Origin: Chloroflexota bacterium
Lineage (GTDB): Bacteria > Chloroflexota > UBA6077 > FW602-bin22 > JBCLEL01
Length of the DNA stretch: 64,000 nt
Assembly: GCA_965262895.1 (NCBI GenBank)
Contig: OZ253568.1
Coordinates: 3,086,479 to 3,150,478 of the forward strand
Direction: 5' to 3'
Under the pieces are notes generated by a model. That model was not told where the DNA came from. It saw nothing but the letters and a program-made list of their open reading frames with translations, and searched no databases. Numbering within the stretch: position 1 is the stretch's first letter; each line of letters opens with the position of its first letter. This document shows positions 38,305 to 48,588 of this stretch, in pieces. Position numbers and translations under genes: made by a program.

Positions 38305-38800
38305 TTGTTCCACCGCTACGACCCAGATCTCCATCATCGTCGATCGGTCAGGCTGAAGCGATATGACTATACCCTGCAAGGTGCGTACTTCGTGACCATA
38401 GTCGCGCGCGACCACGGATGAGCAACACAGGACAACTGGTGGCAGACGTCTGGGAATGGCTGCCAACGCGATATCGCTACTTAGAGTTGGACAGATACGT
38501 CGTCACGCCGAATCATCTACGCGGCATCATCATTATCTCCAACGGCCCTAAGGATCAGTCTCGAACCGCCCAGATCCCCGCGCGAAAACCCTTGGGACGC
38601 CTCATAGGCGCATTCAAGAGCGTAGCGACCAAGAAGGTCAACCTAGCTGCAACGAACGCCCAATCAACGGTCGTGGCAGCGCAACTACTACGAGCATGTC
38701 ATACGAAGTGAGTCCGAGTTGAATCGGGTTCGAGAGTACATACTCGACAATCCGCAGCGATGGGAAACGGATAGCGAAACCCGAAAGCCAAGCGCAATCA
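38305..38800 (+). pseudogene. REP-associated tyrosine transposase (RAYT, IS200/IS605 Y1 family), inactivated
   Basis: ..HHRRSVRLKRYDYTLQGAYFVTIVARDHG* (stop), then ..YVVTPNHLRGIII.., then a frameshift before ..WQRNYYEHVIRSESELNRVREYILDNPQRWETD. These match the RAYT motifs RSIRL.gYDY..GAYFVT, MPNHvHgii and WQr.yyehvIR....l..ir.YI..NP..W. Confidence 0.7.
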
Positions 38801-38907
38801 TCAATTCCTGTAGGGAATCTTCCGATCCTCCCCCTCGATGCGACAGGATTCACGTCATCGTGACCAAATCACGGCCGGAATTCCGGCCTTTCAATAACGA
38901 CTAACGG

Positions 38908-38960
38908 TCCCTGTACGGGCGATTCGAGAATCGCCCTGGGGTGGGCCTAATGGCAAAATC
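38908..38960. repeat. REP unit F downstream of the RAYT pseudogene
   Basis: GGGCGATTCGAGAATCGCCCTGGGGTGGGCCTAATGGCAAAATCCC, in the same orientation as the copy at 38029. Confidence 0.6.
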
Positions 38961-39100
38961 CCGTTGGCCTCCCATCAGGCCGGCCGGCAATGTCTTGTTC
39001 ACCTACCAATCCCTCGTTGTAGAATACCGGCCTGAAGCCCAAACAGCCCCGTCGACAACCGGCCCCCGCCGCGGCCGGCGCCGGGCACCAGAGGAAACAC

Positions 39101-39922
39101 GTGCGCGAAAACAAGGCAAAGACCCTGCTCGCAGCCGGCGAGGTAGTCTGCGGCGCCGGCCTAACCATAATGTCCCCCGCACTTATCGAGCTCATAGGCT
39201 TGGCCGGCTTCGACTACGTCATCCTCGACGAGCAGCACGGCTGGATGAATCCCGAGACCGTCGCCGACATGATTCGCGCGTCGGAAAACGCAGGCCTGAC
39301 GCCAATGGTGCGAGTCCCAGAGATCCACTCTCCCACCGTGGGAAAGTTCCTCGACTTGGGAGCCCAGGGGATCGTATTTCCCAACGTCAACAACGCCGAT
39401 GACGCGAAACGCGCCGTCGCCTCCGTACGCTACGAGCCATTCGGCACAAGAGGCTCCTGCCCCACCGTGCGCGCGGCCGACTACTCGATGACCGATTGGC
39501 TCGAACACTACGAAGCCTCCAACCGGGACATCTTCACGCTTTTGCTCATCGAGACCCGCGCTGGCTTTGATAACCTCGAGACTATTCTCGGGGTTGATGG
39601 CATCGACTCGATGCTCCTGGGCCCGTTCGACCTTTCGTCCTCGCTCGGCATTCCCGGACAGGTGGACCATCCAGAGGTCGTCAGCCGGCTCCGGCGCGCC
39701 CAGGATCTCCTCCGGGGGAGCGGCGTCACCATCTGCTCCTGGAGCCTGGAGTTGGATTCGGTGATTCGAGCCGCCGAAGAAGGAGCCAGGATGTTCTGGC
39801 TGTCCGGTACAAAGATGCTAGCCGACGCACTCCGGCAAAATGTCGACACCGTCCGGCGAGCAACCGGCCAGGTGGCCGGCACCAATCGGCCTGGCCGTCC
39901 CGGCGACGCACCGTCTCGCTGA
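39101..39922 (+). CDS. HpcH/HpaI-family aldolase
   Basis: 273 aa with ..GFDYVILDEQHG.., ..MVRVPE.. and ..LIETRAG.. motifs. Confidence 0.85.
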   Translation: MRENKAKTLLAAGEVVCGAGLTIMSPALIELIGLAGFDYVILDEQHGWMNPETVADMIRASENAGLTPMVRVPEIHSPTVGKFLDLGAQGIVFPNVNNADDAKRAVASVRYEPFGTRGSCPTVRAADYSMTDWLEHYEASNRDIFTLLLIETRAGFDNLETILGVDGIDSMLLGPFDLSSSLGIPGQVDHPEVVSRLRRAQDLLRGSGVTICSWSLELDSVIRAAEEGARMFWLSGTKMLADALRQNVDTVRRATGQVAGTNRPGRPGDAPSR

Positions 39923-40314
39923 GTTCCTCCACGTTGGCTCCCAGGGTGGTATAATGTAAAACAAATGTTCGCAACTACCGCAACGGCTCTGAGTTCGGCA
40001 TACTTACTGAATGCCGGCCTGCGCCGACTCCCACAGGGCCGGCGACGAAAAATTGGAAAATGCAAGACAAAATGATGGGTCACGCCTCCGCCGGCCTCTT
40101 TCGGCGGGAACGCAGCAATTGCAAAAAAGTCGAAATTGCAAAACAAATTGGTCGAGCAATCCAACTGCCGGCCTCTATGAGTTCACACAGGCACGCTGCA
40201 AAAAACCTAAAAATGCAAAACAACAATCCAATCAAGCCAGACACCGAACGAACCGAGGACGGCGTCAATACCAACGAATGAGACCGCATTAGGACTTACC
40301 GGGAGGACAGGAAA

Positions 40315-41346
40315 ATGCGTGCGATGCGACTATTGGGAGAGGGCCAAGCCATAGTAACCGACCGGCCGGAGCCCAGGCCGGGACCGGGGCAGGTGCTCTT
40401 GAAGATGAAAGCGGCTGCCATCTGCGGCAGCGATCTTCATCGCTACAAGCTCAAGCTGTCCGACGACGATCCGACCAAGCGGTTTGTGCCAGGCCACGAA
40501 CCTTGCGGTGATGTCGTTGAAATTGGACCAGGAGTCGATGGTTGGTCCGTCGGCGAGCGTGCCGTTGTTTACCACCGCGTTACCTGCATGCAGTGCCTCT
40601 ACTGCATTGGTGGCGAGCGAAACCTGTGCGTCAATAGGATTGGAGCCTACGGATTCGACCCCGACGGCGCCAATCAAGACTACATGATCGCCGCGCCCCA
40701 GCACCTGATAAGGTTGGCGGACGATTTCGACCACGTCGATGGAGCTCTCTTCGCTTGCCAGGTCGGAACCGCCTATCACCCGTTGAAGGCGATGAACGTC
40801 AGCGGGCGAGACCGGCTGGTCGTGTCCGGACTGGGGCCGGTCGGTCTCTTCACCCTCCTGCTCGCCAAGGCCATGGGCGCTGCGGTCGCCGGCGTCGATC
40901 CGTCACCAGAACGCCGACAACTCGCCGAGCAATTGGGCGCCGACGCGGTCCTTGATCCAACGGCTAAGCTCATCGGCGAAGCGGTGGACTCCGTATTTCC
41001 TGGCGGCGCCGATAAATTGGCCGAAACCTCCGGCGCTTCGTCCGCCCACCGCGCTATCTCCAGTCAGCTTCGTACCAATGGCCAGGCCGCGATCATCGGC
41101 TTGGCTCGTCCCGGCGCTCCATTGGATCTCGGAGACCTCAGCGAAATCCTCTTCCAGCAGATCCGTGTCTTCGGCTCGAACCTCTACCCCAATAAAGACT
41201 TTGACGAGATCGTTGACTTTGTCCGGCGCAAGAAAGTGCCGATCAAGAAAGTCATCACTCACGAAATGCCGCTCGAAGATGGCCCCGCGGCATTTCAGCT
41301 TGCCGCCGGCGCCACCGCCGGCAAGATCGTGTTCAGATTCGACTAG
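40315..41346 (+). CDS. zinc-dependent alcohol dehydrogenase (MDR family)
   Basis: GHEPCGDVVEIG zinc motif, structural-zinc Cys cluster C..C..C.......C, and GLGPVG NAD motif. Confidence 0.9.
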   Translation: MRAMRLLGEGQAIVTDRPEPRPGPGQVLLKMKAAAICGSDLHRYKLKLSDDDPTKRFVPGHEPCGDVVEIGPGVDGWSVGERAVVYHRVTCMQCLYCIGGERNLCVNRIGAYGFDPDGANQDYMIAAPQHLIRLADDFDHVDGALFACQVGTAYHPLKAMNVSGRDRLVVSGLGPVGLFTLLLAKAMGAAVAGVDPSPERRQLAEQLGADAVLDPTAKLIGEAVDSVFPGGADKLAETSGASSAHRAISSQLRTNGQAAIIGLARPGAPLDLGDLSEILFQQIRVFGSNLYPNKDFDEIVDFVRRKKVPIKKVITHEMPLEDGPAAFQLAAGATAGKIVFRFD

Positions 41347-41460
41347 GCGAGTCGCGTCTGAACGGCAACTCGGCAACTGCCGGATTTCGCATGGGCTTAT
41401 TCCACGTTCGTGACGGTTTGGCCCTCTAAATGGCCCTAGCGTAGGGGCGCGACTTGAAGA

Positions 41461-42905
41461 CCATCTGCTCCAACTAATTGGTTTTCAGGGTGCTTGCGGT
41501 GCGTCTGGAGCATTTGCGGTTGGCATATCGAGGCTTGCGAGTGAGCGCCAGTCCGGGTGGTGCGGGCAGGATTGACTCGACAGGTATGCGCGGGGCCTGG
41601 ATGCGCGTTCTACGTGAAGGTCGTATGAAGCCCAGTTCGCGACCTCGCTCGACGAAGACCTTCACAGGGTCTCTGCCCTCATAGGCATATTGAGGCGCAT
41701 ACTCCACCAGCAGACCGATGGACACCTCGAAAGGGTCCACCCCGGCCTTGTGGGCTATCTCAAGCCTCATCGACTGGAGGACCTGCGATATTATCAACGT
41801 CGCCCATATCTGTTGCTGAATCACCACCTGCTTGGCAGACCACAGAAGACGCAGCTTGAGGTGTTGCTTGGCCAATGCGAGTGCCATCTCAATGTCCCAC
41901 CTGCGAGCATAGACCTCGGCAATGGATGGAATCGGGAATTTGTGAGGCTCTAGAACGTTGGTGATGTAACGGCGCAGTGTTTTGCCCTGTCTGAAGGTCA
42001 CCAGCCGAACGGCGTGTTTGGTCCGGTCAGCGCGGTGGACTCCCAGCCACACGATGCCATCGAAGACATCGCCGCGCTGATAGAAAGTATGTATCACTTT
42101 GTAGCTGGTCTTTGCTCTCAGCCTGCTCAGCCAATGGCAACCCCTGTCTGTCAGCCAGTCAAACCAGGCGAAACCGAAGTATCCCAAGTCTGCCACCACC
42201 AGTGTTCCCACGGGCAGCTCTGCCGCCAGATCTCGGGCCAATACCTTCTCGTTCTGATTGGGATTCGGCTGGAACTTGACCCTACGCCACTGCTGGCGTC
42301 TCAGGTCGAACACGCCGGCCAGCTTGCCGGCGAGCAGACGAGTGTCCCCTTCAGGGATTTCCCTCAGAGTCGGCAGCGTTCTCGAGATGGCCTCCAGTGT
42401 ACTCTCGTCTATGCACACCACCTCTTCGGCAAACGATGCCAGCCTATCGGAGACCAAACCCTCAAATCGCTCTGCCAACACGCTGCTGATCTGCTCGAAC
42501 AGCCTCTCCAGCGGCTCGATCCCCGCGCTATGTAGCCGATTGTAAACAGCCTGGTCTGTTACCTCAAATCGGGGGAAGAACCACAGCCCCCGTTCCGAGA
42601 TAAGACGCCACAAGGCCAGTTGGCTGCCAAAGCCTCTCAGTACGCACACCAGCAGTCCAGCCCACAGAGCCATCGCCGGCAGAATACGCGGCCTGCCAGG
42701 CCCCTTGACCCTGCGGTCTGGCTCCATCCCCTCCAAACACTGTTGGAGGAACTCCTCTATGTTCCCTAAGGTGTTTGTATCGTCACCGAGTTTCTTGGGC
42801 ATTTCGCGCTGTTCCTCCCGCAGAGTAGTCTTGTCCCTTACTACCGTGCAGGAGTTCTTTCCCAAGGGAAGGATGGTTCTTATAACAATTAGTTGGAGCT
42901 GATGG
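41461..42905 (-). mobile_element. IS4-family insertion sequence, apparently intact (1445 bp)
   Basis: 20-bp terminal inverted repeats CCATCTGCTCCAACTAATTG (41461-41480) and CAATTAGTTGGAGCTGATGG (42886-42905), matching 19/20. 9-bp direct target duplication ACTTGAAGA at 41452-41460 and 42906-42914. Confidence 0.85.
41474..42802 (-). CDS. IS4-family DDE transposase
   Basis: YARRWDIEMALALAK fits the IS4 Y-(2)-R-(3)-E-(6)-K signature; ..VADLGYF.. and ..CIDEST.. are DDE contexts. The ATG at 42802, with a GGGAGGA RBS, is preferred over the TTG at 42865. Confidence 0.9.
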   Translation of the reverse strand: MPKKLGDDTNTLGNIEEFLQQCLEGMEPDRRVKGPGRPRILPAMALWAGLLVCVLRGFGSQLALWRLISERGLWFFPRFEVTDQAVYNRLHSAGIEPLERLFEQISSVLAERFEGLVSDRLASFAEEVVCIDESTLEAISRTLPTLREIPEGDTRLLAGKLAGVFDLRRQQWRRVKFQPNPNQNEKVLARDLAAELPVGTLVVADLGYFGFAWFDWLTDRGCHWLSRLRAKTSYKVIHTFYQRGDVFDGIVWLGVHRADRTKHAVRLVTFRQGKTLRRYITNVLEPHKFPIPSIAEVYARRWDIEMALALAKQHLKLRLLWSAKQVVIQQQIWATLIISQVLQSMRLEIAHKAGVDPFEVSIGLLVEYAPQYAYEGRDPVKVFVERGRELGFIRPSRRTRIQAPRIPVESILPAPPGLALTRKPRYANRKCSRRTASTLKTN

Positions 42906-43324
42906 ACTTGAAGACGCTGACCTACGTAACTTGGATCATCTCCGTTTCCCTAGTCGTGTGGCTACTGCTTTGGGTTGTAACAGGACATTGGCTCACGGCG
43001 GCTGTGGGGGTAGGTGCCGGATACGCGGTCCTGCTCTTATCGAAGCGCCTGCTGATGTCGCTCTTCCGGCGGCGGTTCCGGCGAGTCTATGGCTGGTTTA
43101 GTCGCCAAGGCTCGCGGTATCCACCGAATTGGGATCGACTCCGCCGGCGCGTGTATCGCCGGGATAGCTATACCTGTCAAAACTGTGGCGCGACCGGTGT
43201 GCGAATCGAGGCGCATCATATCGTCCCCATCAGATTCGGCGGGACTCATCACCTAAGTAACCTCATAAGCTTGTGCAGCGACTGCCACGGCAAGGCCGAC
43301 CGCAAGCGGCTTCGATCCGGATAA
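42902..43324 (+). CDS. HNH endonuclease with two N-terminal transmembrane segments
   Basis: CQNCGATGVRIEAHHIVPIRFGGTHHLSNLISLCSDCH is the HNH motif; the N-terminal ~45 aa are hydrophobic. The ATG at 42902 lies inside the IS end. The native start is probably the TTG at 42908. Confidence 0.7.
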   Translation: MDLKTLTYVTWIISVSLVVWLLLWVVTGHWLTAAVGVGAGYAVLLLSKRLLMSLFRRRFRRVYGWFSRQGSRYPPNWDRLRRRVYRRDSYTCQNCGATGVRIEAHHIVPIRFGGTHHLSNLISLCSDCHGKADRKRLRSG

Positions 43325-43733
43325 GTCGATCTCTGAATCAGTCTTCGTACAGACAGGAGCCGGCGGCAAATCTAAATTGTGCCGTTGAGGGTCTCGTTAG
43401 TCCGACCCTAGTGGCTCCCCTTACCATCATGTTTCAGTAGAAACAGCCTAGAAACGCCAATGGCTCGATGGAGTCCGTCGTCGTTCGAAGGCGCTCAAAA
43501 CAGCACGCGAGCGGCATTGTTGATCGACGTTGACCGTGTAGCACGGGAATTCTAGCTTCGAGGGTCTATCCACTAGCCCAAATGCTCCGATAGTCCGAGC
43601 CGGCCTGTATAGTCATAGACTGTATAATGCAACTGACCTAGGTCCGTTCCGGCTTTGATGCTGCGAACTCCTGTCCTGGGGATTACTCCTAAGATACCTT
43701 GTCCATATCGCAAAACGCGGAGGGGATTTCTTG

Positions 43734-44318
43734 ATGACCCTGCACCTTCCTATGATCAAGCAGACCGAGATAAAGGTCCTCAGCGATATCAATGCGATCA
43801 AACACGGCGATTATGTCCTAAAAAATGGGGCGAAGTCGGACATACTAATTGACCTGCACGGTCTAGCATCACATCCCTCTATTTTTCGCTATCTCGCGGA
43901 GAAGGTGTCCAACATAGTTTGGGACTTGGGGATAGACCGAGTCGTCGGGGTCCCTTACGCAGGAATCCCGCTCGCGACGGCACTATCCCTTATGACAGAC
44001 ATTCCGATGCTATGGGTGCGCAAAATGGCGGATTCACCCAACGAGCCGTCCGGAGTTGAAGGGGACTTTGCCCGCGCGAGCGTGGCATGCGTAGTCGAAG
44101 ACTTGGTGACCACTGCCGCGAGTGCCATCGAGACTGCCCATCAGTTGCGCGACGCTGGTTTAATCGTCCACGATGTGGTGACTGTCGCTGATATGGAACA
44201 GGGTGCAAGAGAGAATCTGGCTGCAAATGACTTGAAGTTGCATTCTCTAGTTACCTTAAGCGAGGTTAGGAGATACGGCCAGCCACGCCCGGTCGGGCCG
44301 ATCAGTCGAGAGGAATAA
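43734..44318 (+). CDS. pyrE: orotate phosphoribosyltransferase-like type I PRTase
   Basis: PRPP-binding loop VVEDLVTTAAS, ..SDILIDL.. and ..VGVPYAGIPLA.. patterns as in PyrE. Confidence 0.75.
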   Translation: MTLHLPMIKQTEIKVLSDINAIKHGDYVLKNGAKSDILIDLHGLASHPSIFRYLAEKVSNIVWDLGIDRVVGVPYAGIPLATALSLMTDIPMLWVRKMADSPNEPSGVEGDFARASVACVVEDLVTTAASAIETAHQLRDAGLIVHDVVTVADMEQGARENLAANDLKLHSLVTLSEVRRYGQPRPVGPISREE

Positions 44319-44725
44319 GACTCGGCTGAGGGTCACACGCCTGATCCGACGCTGCTAGCGAATCCAAAATGATACGGGGCTTCGCGGTTGTCTGTTATGC
44401 TAGACCGGTCAAGGACAGTCGGCCTAGCCTGGAGGGTGGGGAGACATAGTCCCCGCAACGGCAGACGCGAGATTGGCCTCTGGGCCGTGCTCTCTTTGTG
44501 TAATTCCACTTTCCGGCAACGGAGATTTGCTGCGAATGTCGGCCACGTTTGACTTCGTGTACTGTGAGAGGCTTGTCAACAACACCAGGCAACTAACACC
44601 GACTGGAACTGCTCTGCGATACGAGTTTGGTCCATCTAAGGCATGACCGCGAATTACGAGTCCGGATCTCCAGTTTGCGAAGGGCTGTTGGTTATAGTTC
44701 GGTCAAACATACAGGAGGATTTCAA

Positions 44726-45967
44726 TTGCCTTACGAGGTAAAGCTTCTTCAGCTTTCGCCGTCTATGGAGGACGGTACCGTGACCGCCTGGCTAAAGAAA
44801 GTAGGAGATGAGGTCGAGGAAGGTGAAGAGTTATACGAGGTCGAAAGTGACAAGGTATCGGCGCCAGTAAAGTCGCCCGCTACCGGGACCGTTCACCAAT
44901 TATCCGTAAATGAAGGCGACAACGTCCAGGTTGGTGCGCTGCTGGCGATAATAGCGCTGTCTGGTGAAAAGCTGGAGGCCCCCGCTGCCGTTGGCCAAGT
45001 AGACTCCGCGGCCATGGTTTCTCCGTCGCCGGCGGTTTCTGCGCCCGTCCCAACGCCTCCACCGCCACAAAGGGCAACGTCTAAAACAGGACGCATATTC
45101 GTTTCTCCCAGAGCTCGCCGAGTCGCGAAAGAGCTTGGTCTAGACCCTACGATGTTAACCGGAACCGGCCCTGGTGGCCGCGTCTTGGAAAGAGATGTCA
45201 TAGCTGCGTCCAAAGCGGCCCCAACCGCTCCTGTCGCTCCGATACTGCCGGCTCCGGCTGCCGCTCCGGTGTCTGGTGTGTTTGACGTAGTGAGATTGAC
45301 GGGCATGCGCAAGACCATCGCCGAACGCATGCACCTCAGCAAAGACACCACGGCATCCGTGACTTTGACCTCCGAGGTCGACATGAGTGAGGTTGCGAAG
45401 CTGCGTTCTCAGATCAATACGGAATGGGAGAGCAAATTCAACTTTCGCGTCTCTTACACCGATGTCATAGTCAGAGCAGTCACCAAGGCGCTGGGCGAGC
45501 ATCCGGCTGTCAACGCCAGTCTGGTGGATCAAGAGATTCGAAGGCATAAGGATATAAACGTTGGTGTTGCAGTCGCGCTGGATGATGGGCTAATAGTGCC
45601 GAACATTCCCAACGCCGACCAAAAGTCGTTGCTTGAAATCTCGACCACACTCCGCGAACTAGCCGGCAAGGCCCGGGATGGTAGTTTGTCACACACTGAG
45701 GTCACTGGAGGCACGTTTACCATCACAAATCTGGGCACACATGGTGTTGAGGCATTTACTCCCATCATTAACCATCCTGAGTGCGCAATTCTCGGCGTCG
45801 GCAGGATCGCCGATCGGGCCGTAGTACGTGACGGGGAAATAGTCATACGTCCAACCATGTGGCTAAGCCTCACCTTCGATCACCGTATCGTCGATGGTGC
45901 CCCGGCCGCTCAATTCCTGGCTCGCGTCCAGAACCTACTCGAATCTCCTTACCTCCTGTTTGTTTAA
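44726..45967 (+). CDS. dihydrolipoamide acyltransferase (E2 of a 2-oxoacid dehydrogenase complex)
   Basis: Lipoyl domain ..EVESDKVSAPV.., E3-binding domain ..SPRARRVAKELGLD.., catalytic ..LTFDHRIVDGA... TTG start at 44726 after an AGGAGGA RBS. Confidence 0.9.
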   Translation: MPYEVKLLQLSPSMEDGTVTAWLKKVGDEVEEGEELYEVESDKVSAPVKSPATGTVHQLSVNEGDNVQVGALLAIIALSGEKLEAPAAVGQVDSAAMVSPSPAVSAPVPTPPPPQRATSKTGRIFVSPRARRVAKELGLDPTMLTGTGPGGRVLERDVIAASKAAPTAPVAPILPAPAAAPVSGVFDVVRLTGMRKTIAERMHLSKDTTASVTLTSEVDMSEVAKLRSQINTEWESKFNFRVSYTDVIVRAVTKALGEHPAVNASLVDQEIRRHKDINVGVAVALDDGLIVPNIPNADQKSLLEISTTLRELAGKARDGSLSHTEVTGGTFTITNLGTHGVEAFTPIINHPECAILGVGRIADRAVVRDGEIVIRPTMWLSLTFDHRIVDGAPAAQFLARVQNLLESPYLLFV

Positions 45968-45994
45968 GCACTAACTCGTACGGGTGAGATTATT

Positions 45995-47407
45995 TTGACG
46001 ATCGAAACTGACATTGCGATAGTCGGAGCCGGTCCGGCCGGCTACGTTGGGGCTATTCGGGCTGCCCAAATGGGGGCGCGAGTTACCCTGGTCGAAAAGT
46101 CCGAGCTTGGCGGCACGTGCCTGAATCGTGGTTGCATACCTAGCAAAGCGCTGCTCGAAGCTGCATCGAGATACACTGATTTGAAGGAGGCCGAGCAATT
46201 TGGTCTACGCGCAAATGACGTTGGATTTGACTACCGAAAAATCGGCGACCGTAAGAATAAGGTAGTTCGGCAATTACGTAATGGCGTTGAAAGCTTGGTG
46301 CGAGGCAACGGCATCAATTGGGTGCGAGGCAAGGGCACTATATCCGCCGGAGGCGTCCGGGTAGAGAAAACGGACGGGACTATTGAGCGGATCCGCGCCG
46401 GCCGAGGCGTTCTGATTGCCACAGGCTCTAAGGAGGGAAGACCTCCTATTCCTGGGGTCAATCTGCCGGGCGTAGTAGGAAGTGACCAGGCGCTCGAACT
46501 GGATGAGGTGCCGAACTCCATTGTAATCGTGGGTGGTGGGCCTGTCGGAGTCGAGTTTGCAACCATCTTCAGCAGCTTTGGCAGTCATGTCACTATCGTA
46601 GAGATGTTGCAAACGCTATTGCCATTGGAAGATGCCGAGATGGGTCGTATGTTGGCGCGCAGCTTCGCCCGAAAGGGAATCTCGATCAAGACTGGCACTG
46701 CTGTCAGCCGGATCGAGTCGGACGCAGGGAGCTTAGCGGTAGTTGTCGGTGACCCAGATGGGCAGACCGAGGAACGGTTATCGGCTGAGCGTGTATTGAT
46801 AGCGGTAGGTCGTCAACCAAACACGGATGGTCTTGGCTTGGCCGAATCTCGAATCAAGATGGATGGTCGGCACATTCACGTGGACGAGAGCATGAGGACC
46901 TCGGCATCAAACGTCTATGCGGCTGGTGATGTCGTCGGAGGCTATATGCTAGCCCACGTGGGTTCAGCGGAGGGCGAGGTGGCGGTAGAGCATATGTTGG
47001 GGCAGCAGGTCAGAGTCGACTACCGCGCGGTGCCAAGCTGCACCTATTCGTCTCCAGAGGTCGCAGGTGTTGGCCTCACGGAAGTAGAGGCGCGAGAGGC
47101 CGGCCACAAGGTCAAGATTGGTCACTTTCCCTTTGCCGCGGCCTCAAAGGGGATCGTCTCTGGTGAAGCGGACGGCGTTGTGAAGATCATTGCCGAGGCG
47201 CAGTACGACCAGGTGCTTGGTGTACACATCATAGCCTCTCATGCTACTGATATGATCGCTGAGGCCGCATTAGCTATAAACCTCGAGGCCACGCTGGAGG
47301 ATTTCGCCAACACGATCCATCCTCATCCCACGATGACCGAGGCGGTTCGTGAGGCTTCGTTGGACGCGGACAGTCGTGTGATACATCTGCTCAAGCGTAG
47401 AGGCTAG
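45995..47407 (+). CDS. lpdA: dihydrolipoyl dehydrogenase (E3)
   Basis: GAGPAGY FAD motif, redox-active GGTCLNRGCIPSK, and the C-terminal HPHPT interface motif. Confidence 0.95.
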   Translation: MTIETDIAIVGAGPAGYVGAIRAAQMGARVTLVEKSELGGTCLNRGCIPSKALLEAASRYTDLKEAEQFGLRANDVGFDYRKIGDRKNKVVRQLRNGVESLVRGNGINWVRGKGTISAGGVRVEKTDGTIERIRAGRGVLIATGSKEGRPPIPGVNLPGVVGSDQALELDEVPNSIVIVGGGPVGVEFATIFSSFGSHVTIVEMLQTLLPLEDAEMGRMLARSFARKGISIKTGTAVSRIESDAGSLAVVVGDPDGQTEERLSAERVLIAVGRQPNTDGLGLAESRIKMDGRHIHVDESMRTSASNVYAAGDVVGGYMLAHVGSAEGEVAVEHMLGQQVRVDYRAVPSCTYSSPEVAGVGLTEVEAREAGHKVKIGHFPFAAASKGIVSGEADGVVKIIAEAQYDQVLGVHIIASHATDMIAEAALAINLEATLEDFANTIHPHPTMTEAVREASLDADSRVIHLLKRRG

Positions 47408-47505
47408 CCAAGCCGGGCATTGACGTACCCATGACCGGCTACTTAGAATGTCTGCGCCGGCACCGCCGGATTCCCACAATACCATTATTTTGAGGAGTGT
47501 TTCAG

Positions 47506-48492
47506 ATGTCCAAGGTATTCGTTTCGCGACTCATACCCGAGCGTGGGCTGAAGAAAGTGAAGGCCGCGACGGACGCCGAGGTCTGGAATAGTGATTTGCC
47601 GCCACCGGCCGACGTGCTGCTGGATAAGGCTAAGGAGTGCGATGGCCTTCTGTCGCTCTTGACCGACAAGATAGATGGCGACTTCATGGACGCTTGTCCT
47701 AGGCTGAAAGTAATCGCAAATTTGGCAGTCGGCTTCGACAATATCGACATTCCTGCGGCTACGAAACGTGGCGTCATCGTCGGAAACACTCCCGGCGTAC
47801 TTACGGACACGACCGCGGATTTTGCTTGGACTCTACTAATGGCAGCGGCCCGCCGGCTAACTGAAGGTGAGCGCTATGTCCGGGACGGCAAGTGGACAAC
47901 CTGGGGGCCGTTACTGCTGCGCGGGCAGGATATTCATCACGCCACGTTGGGGCTCGTTGGCTTGGGCAGGATCGGCTCCGAAATGGCGCGCCGCGCCCAG
48001 GGTTTTTCGATGCAAGTGCTGTACCACGACGTGGTCAGGCGCGAAGATCTTGAGCAGTCGATGGGCATTCGCCACGTAGATATGGACACGCTGCTAAACG
48101 AGTCTGATTTCGTCTCTGTGCATGTTCCTTTGTTTAAAGAGACTTACCACCTCATAAACGATTCTGCCTTCGCCAAGATGAAGAATAGCGCGGTGTTAGT
48201 GAACTCCGCTCGTGGGCCGATAGTGGACCCGAAGGCGCTGTACGATGCCTTGTCAACTGGGCAGATTTTCGCGGCGGGGTTGGACGTGACGGAGCCCGAA
48301 CCTATCACGATGGACGATCCGCTCCTGACTTTGGAAAACTGTGTGATCGCACCACATATTGCGAGCGGTAGCGTGGAGACTCGCGAGCAGATGTCGGACG
48401 TGGCAGCCGAAAACATCTTGGCCGGTCTGGCCGGCAAACAAGGACCGGCGATCGTGAACCCAGACGTATTCGCGAAGGGTCTGCGTCAATAA
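47506..48492 (+). CDS. glyoxylate/hydroxypyruvate reductase-type D-2-hydroxyacid dehydrogenase
   Basis: GLVGLGRIGSEMA, ..NSARGPIVD.. and ..APHIASGS.. motifs. Confidence 0.9.
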   Translation: MSKVFVSRLIPERGLKKVKAATDAEVWNSDLPPPADVLLDKAKECDGLLSLLTDKIDGDFMDACPRLKVIANLAVGFDNIDIPAATKRGVIVGNTPGVLTDTTADFAWTLLMAAARRLTEGERYVRDGKWTTWGPLLLRGQDIHHATLGLVGLGRIGSEMARRAQGFSMQVLYHDVVRREDLEQSMGIRHVDMDTLLNESDFVSVHVPLFKETYHLINDSAFAKMKNSAVLVNSARGPIVDPKALYDALSTGQIFAAGLDVTEPEPITMDDPLLTLENCVIAPHIASGSVETREQMSDVAAENILAGLAGKQGPAIVNPDVFAKGLRQ

Positions 48493-48588
48493 CAGAAGCC
48501 TCCGCCCGACTTCATATTAACTTCGCGCGTTCCCTTGTCTTCGGTCGGACGCTATTGTCCTAGGCTGCGAGTCCTTCCATCCCTCCAA

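Noticed and set aside
38104-38466. 120-aa minus-strand ORF upstream of and overlapping the RAYT region
   Set aside because: It overlaps the plus-strand RAYT N-terminal coding remnant, which has clear family motifs. It has no motifs of its own.
43325-44725. Two ~400-bp gene-free, visibly less GC-rich stretches flanking the pyrE-like gene, considered as possible ncRNA or leader elements
   Set aside because: I could not recognise any known RNA motif, convincing terminator/antiterminator pair or conserved repeat by eye. Covariance-model scans would be needed before any claim.
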